Source: Candidatus Komeilibacteria bacterium RIFCSPLOWO2_02_FULL_48_11 (GTDB lineage: Bacteria; Patescibacteriota; Patescibacteriia; UBA2169). Taken from it: a DNA stretch of 35,599 nucleotides. The translations under genes and the position numbers were made by a program. Below, in pieces: positions 1 to 7,649 of the stretch; position 1 is the stretch's first letter, and each line of letters begins with the position of its first letter. The notes below the pieces were generated by a model that did not search any database, was not told the origin of the DNA, and was given only the letters and a program-made list of their open reading frames with translations. The stretch is from assembly GCA_001818435.1 (NCBI GenBank), contig MHKO01000059.1, forward strand, positions 5,217-40,815, read 5' to 3'.

Positions 1-273
1 GTCTTCGGGAGTAAGTAAGTTTTCTTTAATAAACCCGTATAAATCTCCCCACTGGGCAAACGCTTTAGACGACGTGGCGGCTATACCGGCCCGATCCATT
101 TCCTCATCAGGCAAATGCAGCTGAAATTTTATAATCGTTGCGCCTGCCTCTTTGGCGGAATGAGCTAATTCTTTGGCCGCCGCCAAGCTACCGTGGTGGT
201 TATCGCAGCCTTCCGGGATAACGACGAAAGGCGCATCATCGCCAATTATGACATTGCCAATATTAATGCGCAT
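1..273 (-). CDS. NeuB-family nonulosonic acid synthase (sialic/pseudaminic/legionaminic acid synthase-like); only the N-terminal 91 codons are present, and the gene runs off the left edge
   Basis: Not in the ORF track because there is no stop in the window. My own minus-strand translation from ATG 273-271 gives MRINIGNVIIGDDAPFVVIPEGCDNHHGSLAAAKELAHSAKEAGATIIKFQLHLPDEEMDRAG... This fits the NeuB-family N-terminal pattern (PF-[IV]-I-x-E-x-x-x-NH-x-GS ... AK.AGA..[IV]KFQ). It starts 5 nt after the stop of the upstream gene. Confidence 0.7.
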   Translation of the reverse strand, partial: MRINIGNVIIGDDAPFVVIPEGCDNHHGSLAAAKELAHSAKEAGATIIKFQLHLPDEEMDRAGIAATSSKAFAQWGDLYGFIKENLLTPED

Positions 274-278
274 AATAA

Positions 279-1310
279 TTATTGTTCTACTTTAGCCGCC
301 GGCTCCTGTCCGTTTCTTTCAATCGCGAACAAGGTCCGGAGCAATTTATGATCATCCGCAAAAGTATAGGGAAATAGCCGGTTGCCGGTTATCGCGGCCA
401 CAAAGTGCTCGATTTCTTCGATATACATATCTTCGGTGACAACATAATTTTGTTCCTTCTGGCCAACCGCCAAATTAATTTCTTGCCAGGACTTGTTTTT
501 TGCCTCAAACAGTCGGATATAATTTTCCTGCCATTCCCATTCTAAAGTACCCAAAGAACCAATCAGTCGCAAGGTTCTCTTTGGCGTCCGCGATAATAAT
601 TCAATGACCACATTGCCGATAGCGCCGTTATCAAAAACCACCAGGGCTGAATAAACATCATCGGCTGGCATATCTAAATCGGAAACTTTCTTAGTCAGTC
701 CCTTGGCCACAACCGGCCAAGACTGCAAAATGTAACTTTGCCAATTCAATTCATAAGGCATCATTTCACGGCAACCACCAGTGGATTTTTGCGCAAAAAA
801 TACTGAACGATAATCTTCCCACGGATGCCAATCTGGCAAATATTGGCCTAAATGGCAATTATACAAATAAATTTTCCCCAGCGCGCCGGATTCGACAATC
901 TGTTTTATTTTTTTGACGGCCGGATGGAAACGGTAAGTACAAGAAGGTGCTCCCACAAACGATCCATCAAGTAATGAATAAAGCTCGTTATACCCTTCAT
1001 CAGAAGTCGGTATTTCCACAAAAAAATGCTTTTTCGCCCGTGCGGCGTGCAAGAAATATTCGGCATGATGGTCAGGCGGAGTAGAGATAATATAAGCATC
1101 GGGTTGAGTGGCAACACCGGCAGAAAAATCCGCCACGGTCCGAATCTGATATTTCTCTTCAGCTTCTTGTCGCCGTTCAGCTGCCAGATCAAAACCAACA
1201 ATGTGCACGCTGGGTATGCCGAGGGCTAAAAGATTTCTAATTCGCCTCTTGCCCATTGAGCCAAGCCCAACCTGTAAAAATTTTATATTATTCTTTAGTA
1301 GAGTAGCCAT
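279..1310 (-). CDS. Gfo/Idh/MocA-family NAD(P)-dependent oxidoreductase
   Basis: 343 aa with an ATG start. N-terminal Rossmann motif (FLQVGLGSMGKRRIRNL). Length and two-domain layout are typical of the family. Confidence 0.75.
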   Translation of the reverse strand: MATLLKNNIKFLQVGLGSMGKRRIRNLLALGIPSVHIVGFDLAAERRQEAEEKYQIRTVADFSAGVATQPDAYIISTPPDHHAEYFLHAARAKKHFFVEIPTSDEGYNELYSLLDGSFVGAPSCTYRFHPAVKKIKQIVESGALGKIYLYNCHLGQYLPDWHPWEDYRSVFFAQKSTGGCREMMPYELNWQSYILQSWPVVAKGLTKKVSDLDMPADDVYSALVVFDNGAIGNVVIELLSRTPKRTLRLIGSLGTLEWEWQENYIRLFEAKNKSWQEINLAVGQKEQNYVVTEDMYIEEIEHFVAAITGNRLFPYTFADDHKLLRTLFAIERNGQEPAAKVEQ

Positions 1311-1327
1311 GATAATTTTTTTCCAAT

Positions 1328-2641
1328 CTAATTATATTTCCTAAAAACAGGTCTAATGGGCTCACCGACGAGCTCTTTCTCTAGGCTTTTATCTGCCAAT
1401 ACTTCTTTGAGCTTGCGACAAGAAAATTCCCAGCCCTTTAGCGTCTGGGCTACTTCTCTTTTTTTATGGGACAGCGTCGGCGAAAAATATCCATTAAACA
1501 AAATCCCTTGCGAAATCATCTCTTGTGCAAAATAAGTCTTTATTTGGGCGGCGGTATAACCACCAAAATCCTCAAATTGAACACGGATACGGCAGCCAAA
1601 CTCCCCTATGACTGACAAAACTGAATCCAAGCCGTGCTTTCTAGCGATTTTGTTAAATTCGCTCTTTAAAAGGTTTCCTAACTTATTAACATAGGCCGGA
1701 ACATTCTTACTTTTCAACTCTTTCAACGTAGCAATAGCTGCCACTAAAGCATGATTTTCACCGGCATGCGTCGCCGAAATCAAAGCCACCCTCTCCTTTT
1801 TAGTGTCCATGCCTCCCAATTCCATAATATCTTTTCTACCCACCAGAGCCGCTAACGCAAAGCCATTGCTTATCGCTTTGCCAAAAGTAGATAAATCCGG
1901 TGTTACTTTATAAACATACTGGGCGCCTTTTAAATGCCATCTAAAACCTGAGATCATCTCATCAAAAATTAATATAGTTCCGTTTTGCCGGCAAATTCTT
2001 TGCACCTCTTGCAGAAAATTATTAACCGGCCCGACTTCGGTAGCGGGCTCGAGAATTACAGCCGCAATTTTTTTAGGATATTTTTTAAACATCTTACGGA
2101 CACTCACTATGTTGTTGTACTCAAAGGTCTTTGTCATGTTTAACACTGTCTTAGGAATACCGGCTGTCATTGGCGTGCTGGCAATACCCCAATCATCAAA
2201 TCCGTTAAAAGCGCCCGCACACATGGCCACTAAATCTCTCTTGGTATAAGCCCGCGCCAATTTAACGGCGGCCGTAGTTGCGGCTGAACCATTTTTTGCA
2301 AATTTAACCACCTGGGCGCTGGGTATTAGTTCAACCAACATTTTAGCAAGTTCAATTTCATAATGCGACGGACGGTTATAATTCGTTCCGAATGGCAACT
2401 GTTTTCTGACCGCAGCAATAACCGTTTTATAGCCATGTCCCAAGATCACGGAACGCATACCCATGCACCAATCAATGAAGCGATTTCCATCCGCATCCCA
2501 AATATAAGCGCCTTGGGCCTTGACCAGAATGGGTGGAGAAAGAAAAGGAAATTGATCGTCACCTTTGCTGTAACTTTGCGTGCCGCCGGGCATTAATTGG
2601 TGGGCTAATTTCTGTAATTTCCTAGATTTAGCGAATTTCAT
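1328..2641 (-). CDS. Class-III PLP aminotransferase (glutamate-1-semialdehyde aminomutase/HemL-like)
   Basis: 437 aa. Motifs LMPGGTQSYSK, GSAATTAAVKLARAYT and FDEMISGFR. Candidate Schiff-base Lys in STFGKAISNG. Confidence 0.8.
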   Translation of the reverse strand: MKFAKSRKLQKLAHQLMPGGTQSYSKGDDQFPFLSPPILVKAQGAYIWDADGNRFIDWCMGMRSVILGHGYKTVIAAVRKQLPFGTNYNRPSHYEIELAKMLVELIPSAQVVKFAKNGSAATTAAVKLARAYTKRDLVAMCAGAFNGFDDWGIASTPMTAGIPKTVLNMTKTFEYNNIVSVRKMFKKYPKKIAAVILEPATEVGPVNNFLQEVQRICRQNGTILIFDEMISGFRWHLKGAQYVYKVTPDLSTFGKAISNGFALAALVGRKDIMELGGMDTKKERVALISATHAGENHALVAAIATLKELKSKNVPAYVNKLGNLLKSEFNKIARKHGLDSVLSVIGEFGCRIRVQFEDFGGYTAAQIKTYFAQEMISQGILFNGYFSPTLSHKKREVAQTLKGWEFSCRKLKEVLADKSLEKELVGEPIRPVFRKYN

Positions 2642-3407
2642 ATTTTTTAAATTCCGGCTTTAAATATACTCGGCCATAAAGATTTTTGAATCTTTTTTTA
2701 TATTCCTCTCTGCGACGCCAATTAGATTGCGCTAATTTTGGGTGTTTCACTAGGAATGAAATTACCCGGCTAAGAGAAAAATTTTTGCCAAGCGAATAAA
2801 AATTTTTGTATAAATTTTTTATCAAATGCAAGTCCTCGGCATAATCTAAAGTTAGGCGATATTCGGTAAAATTATGTTCTGGGCGAGCTTTTATTACGCC
2901 TACTTTAAATAATTTGATATTTGTAAAATAACGTGCCCAACCTTGTGTTTCATGCTCATTTTTCATTTGGCATACTTTTTCCAAGGCGCTGGTTTTGACG
3001 CTAAAACCATAGCTACCCAAAGGCAATCCTTCACAAAAAATCGCATCAAATTTATTTTTTTTATAATCTTTTATCGCCTCTTTAACATAGCTTGGCTCTA
3101 AAAATAAATCATCGCCGTCAACCGCAATAAAAAATTCTGCGCCATATTGCTTAGCCGCCCCCAGATAACGTTCCAGAATGTCTTCCACTGAACCACGATA
3201 CACGTTTGCCCCCATTTTTTTGGCAATGGCCGCTATCTTATCATCCTCGCTTAAAAAAGTAGTGCAAACTACCACGGGCAAGCCGCAACCGAAAGCCCTT
3301 TCTAACCCCAACTCGACCACTGTCTTGCCGGCAATCTGTTGCCACATTTTGTTATCTAAGCGGCTTGATCCGGTCCGGGCCGTATAAAAAATAAAATATT
3401 TTTTCAT
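2628..3407 (-). CDS. Cytidylyltransferase of the NeuA/SpsF/PseF type (CMP-ulosonic acid synthetase candidate)
   Basis: 259 aa. N-terminal nucleotide-binding motif YTARTGSSRLDNK and acidic motif IAVDGDDLF. Overlaps the downstream gene by 14 nt. Confidence 0.65.
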   Translation of the reverse strand: MKKYFIFYTARTGSSRLDNKMWQQIAGKTVVELGLERAFGCGLPVVVCTTFLSEDDKIAAIAKKMGANVYRGSVEDILERYLGAAKQYGAEFFIAVDGDDLFLEPSYVKEAIKDYKKNKFDAIFCEGLPLGSYGFSVKTSALEKVCQMKNEHETQGWARYFTNIKLFKVGVIKARPEHNFTEYRLTLDYAEDLHLIKNLYKNFYSLGKNFSLSRVISFLVKHPKLAQSNWRRREEYKKRFKNLYGRVYLKPEFKKYEIR

Positions 3408-3422
3408 ATTTCCAGCGCACTA

Positions 3423-3451
3423 AAAGTATCATTTTTGCTGTAAAAAGTCAA
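3423..3451 (-). promoter_or_regulatory. Candidate sigma70-type promoter TTGACT-N17-TACTTT ahead of the cytidylyltransferase gene
   Basis: On the minus strand, TTGACT (3451..3446), a 17-nt spacer, then TACTTT (3428..3423). Shares the 12-mer AAAAAGTCAAAA (plus strand) with the site at 4124..4152. Confidence 0.3.
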
Positions 3452-3456
3452 AAAAA

Positions 3457-4089
3457 TTACTTTAAATGATTCGAGTCCAGTTCTGTTATTTTAAAATATT
3501 CTAAAATATTAGATAAACGACCGCGACCCTCAAGCCACTCTTCACGCAAGAGGCCATAACAATAGACGTCCACTATCTTGCCGGAAGATAAAATAAATTG
3601 CTTTCTTAATGTGCCTTCTTGGGTAAAACCCAAATGTTCTATTAATTTACTAGCCGGCTGGTTGTCGGCAGTAGAATGAGCAATAACTTTATGAACATTA
3701 ACATATTGAAAAAGATATTCTAAAAGTAAAATTGTCGCCTCGGCGGCCAAGCCTGATTTATGTAGTTGAATATTTCCAATTAATAAACCATACTCGGCAT
3801 AGTTACTATTCAGATTAAAATTCGATATAGCTATATTACCGACATGCCTATTATCCTGTTTGGTAAATATAGCGAACAATTCGCAGCCACTCCGGGAACG
3901 CAAACCATTAACATAATTAGCAATATCTTCAATGGTCTGTTGGTTGTTCCTAACTTCCAAAAACTGATTGATCTGATTGTCATTCAGCCAAGAGACATAA
4001 TTTTCATTAATCTCTTTAATGGAAATCGGCTTCAGGGTAATCAAATGTCCATCAATAATCGTATTGATATTGGGAGACAATATTTTCAT
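3457..4089 (-). CDS. GNAT-family N-acetyltransferase (RimJ/RimL-like)
   Basis: 210 aa. Motifs LITLKPISIKEINENYVSWLND, HVGNIAISNF, GLAAEATILLLEYLF and NQPASKLIEHLGF. Confidence 0.75.
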   Translation of the reverse strand: MKILSPNINTIIDGHLITLKPISIKEINENYVSWLNDNQINQFLEVRNNQQTIEDIANYVNGLRSRSGCELFAIFTKQDNRHVGNIAISNFNLNSNYAEYGLLIGNIQLHKSGLAAEATILLLEYLFQYVNVHKVIAHSTADNQPASKLIEHLGFTQEGTLRKQFILSSGKIVDVYCYGLLREEWLEGRGRLSNILEYFKITELDSNHLK

Positions 4090-4123
4090 AATAAATCAGT
4101 CTGATAATTATCCATGGGCGTAA

Positions 4124-4152
4124 AAAATAACATTTTTTGACAAAAAAGTCAA
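4124..4152 (-). promoter_or_regulatory. Candidate sigma70-type promoter TTGACT-N17-TATTTT ahead of the GNAT gene
   Basis: On the minus strand, TTGACT (4152..4147), a 17-nt spacer, then TATTTT (4129..4124). Sits in the 70-nt gap after the SGNH gene stop. Confidence 0.3.
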
Positions 4153-4159
4153 AATTATT

Positions 4160-5632
4160 CTAATAAGTCGTATAGCGATCTTCCGGGATATCAGAATTAA
4201 CGCGAGCAACGTTCATCATTTTTTTACTAAGTTTTGCTATCTGCTCTTTGACCAAACGTTCTAAATAAGTTGAATTATGGTTTAATGCGGCTTTAGCGGC
4301 GCAAACTTCGGCCGGACTGACATCGACATTGCTAATCTGCGAATCATTAACATAACGGTCTTGAAACGCCTTATCACTAATTAATTTTTTACCAATGGCC
4401 TGCGCCAATAATCCGTAACCTTGAGCCGACATATGTAATTCATCAATAAAAAGACCTAATCTTTCCCGGGTATTATAATTATTAAATTCATCCTCCACGT
4501 CTAAACAAGGGATGATCGATTTAATAACAGCCAGCGTCCGTTTAATCCTTTTTTGGGAAATCGCTTGATAATTAGCATATTCCTCAGACAAGCGGGAATT
4601 ATTAATATAAAATTCGCGATCCTGCTCTGCGTCGTTCAACGCGGGCAAGGCCGGATAATTAACTGTATAAACCAAAATGTTATTGGTGGCGGCCAAACGC
4701 GCCATGGCAAATAAATTATCGAACCAAGCTAAAATATATTTATTAGACAATAAGGTCTGCCAACGTTTGGGATTAGTAAAACGCATATTGGGTATAAATA
4801 CCCAAGCTTTGAGCGCGGCCTTAAAAGCCAAATAAATACTTAAAAAAAATGCACTGGAAAGTAATTTATTTGGTGGACAGTATAAATTATTTTGTTCGCG
4901 GACATTCTGAATCATTTTTGGACGCCACTTTTTTCCCAAAAACAAAGAACTATATTCAAATTCCTCGTTCCAACCTTGATGAATAAGTAATATATCGGCG
5001 TGATAGTTGACTATTTCTTCATTAAACCGCAATAACTCTTGATATGAGTACCAACCATCAACGCCGGCATTAATAACTTCGACATTATAACCCCGTTTCT
5101 TTAAATAAATTTGTAATTGTGCCGGCCAGGTATCTTGGTCATTTACACAGTAACCGGCCGTGGCTGAGCCGCCGGTGCAAAAAATCCGCAATTTAGCCTT
5201 GGTCTGGCTGGGCGCGAACTCCTCCCCGCGATAGCCCAAGCTGTTGACCGAGAAAATATTGCGGCTGGCTTGATTAGAGGATAAATTAGGTTCTGGCGCG
5301 TGCCCGACCGGAAAAACGGTTTTATCAAAAACTAAAAAATCCAAATCCCGGGCTTTGGTATTTTTTCGAAAGGCGTTTCCGTAAACCGGGTCGTCAACAA
5401 GAAAATAATTTAAGACGGCAAAACGGTAATTTTTGCCGTAAGCCAAGCGTAAAACCGCCCGTAAGATAAATTCCCAAATCACTATGGCCACCGCTAAAAA
5501 AATCAGGTAAAAATGGGTCGGCTTATCCCGATGCCAAATTATTAAAAAACAAACCGCCAGCAATAAAAACGCGCTGAAAAACTTGCCATAATGCTTGATT
5601 AAAATTCGAGCCAGACTCTGTATTATAGTCAT
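4160..5632 (-). CDS. Membrane-anchored SGNH/GDSL-type hydrolase (esterase/deacylase candidate)
   Basis: 490 aa with two N-terminal hydrophobic helices. SGNH blocks: I RIFCTGGSATAGY, II NAGVDGW, III HQGWNEE, V DELHMSAQG (D-x-x-H). Confidence 0.6.
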   Translation of the reverse strand: MTIIQSLARILIKHYGKFFSAFLLLAVCFLIIWHRDKPTHFYLIFLAVAIVIWEFILRAVLRLAYGKNYRFAVLNYFLVDDPVYGNAFRKNTKARDLDFLVFDKTVFPVGHAPEPNLSSNQASRNIFSVNSLGYRGEEFAPSQTKAKLRIFCTGGSATAGYCVNDQDTWPAQLQIYLKKRGYNVEVINAGVDGWYSYQELLRFNEEIVNYHADILLIHQGWNEEFEYSSLFLGKKWRPKMIQNVREQNNLYCPPNKLLSSAFFLSIYLAFKAALKAWVFIPNMRFTNPKRWQTLLSNKYILAWFDNLFAMARLAATNNILVYTVNYPALPALNDAEQDREFYINNSRLSEEYANYQAISQKRIKRTLAVIKSIIPCLDVEDEFNNYNTRERLGLFIDELHMSAQGYGLLAQAIGKKLISDKAFQDRYVNDSQISNVDVSPAEVCAAKAALNHNSTYLERLVKEQIAKLSKKMMNVARVNSDIPEDRYTTY

Positions 5633-5766
5633 ACATTTTCCCAGTAAGTCTTGGCCGAATGGTCTAATTTTAAACGCAACGGATCTTTATTGATTAGCTT
5701 AAACAATAAAGCCAGCGGGCAAATAACAATTACGTAAAAAATAAAACTCAAAATCTTGGTAAACAT
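5629..5766 (-). CDS. 45-aa micro-ORF resembling the C-terminal helix plus tail of SxtJ-family membrane proteins, which usually accompany carbamoyltransferases
   Basis: Below the ORF-track length cutoff. My own translation gives MFTKILSFIFYVIVICPLALLFKLINKDPLRLKLDHSAKTYWENV. The ATG is 8 nt after the carbamoyltransferase stop. Its TGA overlaps the ATG of the SGNH gene (ATGA). The KDPLRLK.D...K.YW tail matches my recollection of the SxtJ C-terminus. Confidence 0.45.
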   Translation of the reverse strand: MFTKILSFIFYVIVICPLALLFKLINKDPLRLKLDHSAKTYWENV

Positions 5767-5774
5767 AAGCAAGA

Positions 5775-7568
5775 TTAGTCTAAAACAAAATCCTCGCGCC
5801 AGTCATCTTTTTCTTGCCAATTAGGCTGGGCTTTTTTATCGATTAAAAAATTTTCTAACACCAAGTAATCCAGGCCGGTGCGCATAAAGCAACGGTAAGC
5901 GTCTTCGGGCGCGCAAACAATCGGTTCGCCGCGAACATTAAAAGACGTGTTGATAATCACCGGACAACCTGTTTTTCCGTAAAAGTTAGCAATCAGGTCA
6001 TAAAATTTCCGATTCATCTCTCTGGAGACTGTTTGCAGGCGAGCGGAAAAATCGACATGGGTTACCGCCGGGATGTCGGAACGAACCGCTTTCAACATAT
6101 CAAAGCCCGTCTGCCCGTTGTCATTGCTGACGATTTTTCTTTTGTCTTTTTTCACGTCAGCCACTAGCAACATATAAGGCGATGGCTGATCAATCTCAAA
6201 CCAGTCCGCGGCTTTGTCTTCCAGCACAGCCGGCGCAAAAGGACGAAACGATTCACGGAATTTAATTTTTAAATTCATGTCTGCTTGCATGCTTTGCAGG
6301 CGAGCATCGCCCAATATACTTCTCCCTCCGAGAGCTCGCGGACCGAACTCCATGCGTCCGGAAAACCAGCCAATTATCTTGCCTTGAACCAGTAAATCAG
6401 CGGTTTTGGCTTCAATGTTTTTGTGATAAGTATAGGGAATATTATTATAATCCAAATAATCATTAATCTCGTCCTGGCTAAACTGCGGACCTAAATAAGT
6501 GTTGTGGCGGACGATCGGCTGGCGCTCATGGTCGAGCATCTGGTGCCAATAATAGAGGGCCGCGCCCAAGGCTCCGCCCGCGTCACCGGCCGCGGGCTGG
6601 ATCCAAATATCGTCAAAAATCCGCTCTGTAAGAATTTTACTGTTGGCCACACAATTCAAGGCCACGCCGCCGGCTAAACATAAATATCGCTCCCCGGTGG
6701 CTTGTCGAATATGGCGGGCCATTTTTACCATGACCATATCAGTCACTTCTTGGATGGAACGCGCTAGATCCATATCATCCTGGGTAATGGTGGATTCGCG
6801 CGGCCGAACCGCCCGGCCAAATAATTTTTCGAATTTTTCATTTGTCATTTTAACACCGACACCATAATCAAAATAACTCATGTTTAATCGGAATGAACCA
6901 TCATCTTTTACATCGACTAATTCGCCTAAAATATTTTTTACATACTTAGGTTGGCCATAAGGCGCCAAACCCATGACTTTATATTCCCCGGAATTGACTT
7001 TAAAACCGGTAAAATAAGTCAACGCCGCATATAACAACCCCAGAGAATGGGGAAAACTAATTCTCTTGTGTAATTTAATGTTATTTCCTTGCCCAACTCC
7101 GTAAGTGGTCGTTTCGCACTCACCGACGCCGTCCACAGTCAAAAAAGCCGCACTATTAAAAGGCGACGGGTAAAACGCCGAAGCCGCGTGGCTGGCGTGA
7201 TGTTTTATAAATTCAATTTGGCCGCGATAATCCAATTCACGCGCTATAATTGATTTGATTTTTATTTTTTTCCATTGCGCCGCAATCACTGGAAAAAAGT
7301 TGTCAAAACCGGTGGGCGCGTAAGCCGCAAAAGACTTAATAATGCGATTAAATTTCAAATACGGATTTTCGTAAAAAACAATGACATTAATATCATTTAT
7401 TTGACACTTGGCTTCTTGCAATAGATAATTGATGGAATTTTTAGGAAATGAATTATCGTGTTTTTTCCGAGTAAAGCGCTCTTCCTGCGCCGCGCCAACA
7501 ATCCGGCCATCCTCGATTAGGGCCGCCGCGCTGTCGTGATAAAAAGCCGATACGCCTAAAATCTTCAT
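5775..7568 (-). CDS. NodU/CmcH-family carbamoyltransferase
   Basis: 597 aa. Motifs MKILGVSAFYHDSAAALIEDGRIVGAAQEERFTRKKHD, HHASHAASAF and the C-terminal NTSFNVRGEPIVC. Confidence 0.9.
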   Translation of the reverse strand: MKILGVSAFYHDSAAALIEDGRIVGAAQEERFTRKKHDNSFPKNSINYLLQEAKCQINDINVIVFYENPYLKFNRIIKSFAAYAPTGFDNFFPVIAAQWKKIKIKSIIARELDYRGQIEFIKHHASHAASAFYPSPFNSAAFLTVDGVGECETTTYGVGQGNNIKLHKRISFPHSLGLLYAALTYFTGFKVNSGEYKVMGLAPYGQPKYVKNILGELVDVKDDGSFRLNMSYFDYGVGVKMTNEKFEKLFGRAVRPRESTITQDDMDLARSIQEVTDMVMVKMARHIRQATGERYLCLAGGVALNCVANSKILTERIFDDIWIQPAAGDAGGALGAALYYWHQMLDHERQPIVRHNTYLGPQFSQDEINDYLDYNNIPYTYHKNIEAKTADLLVQGKIIGWFSGRMEFGPRALGGRSILGDARLQSMQADMNLKIKFRESFRPFAPAVLEDKAADWFEIDQPSPYMLLVADVKKDKRKIVSNDNGQTGFDMLKAVRSDIPAVTHVDFSARLQTVSREMNRKFYDLIANFYGKTGCPVIINTSFNVRGEPIVCAPEDAYRCFMRTGLDYLVLENFLIDKKAQPNWQEKDDWREDFVLD

Positions 7569-7649
7569 ACATTGCTAATGATAGGTAGCCATAATTTTCA
7601 AAAAAAGTCGACCAATGGACATAATCAACTTTTTGGGTTTAGCCGCGCA

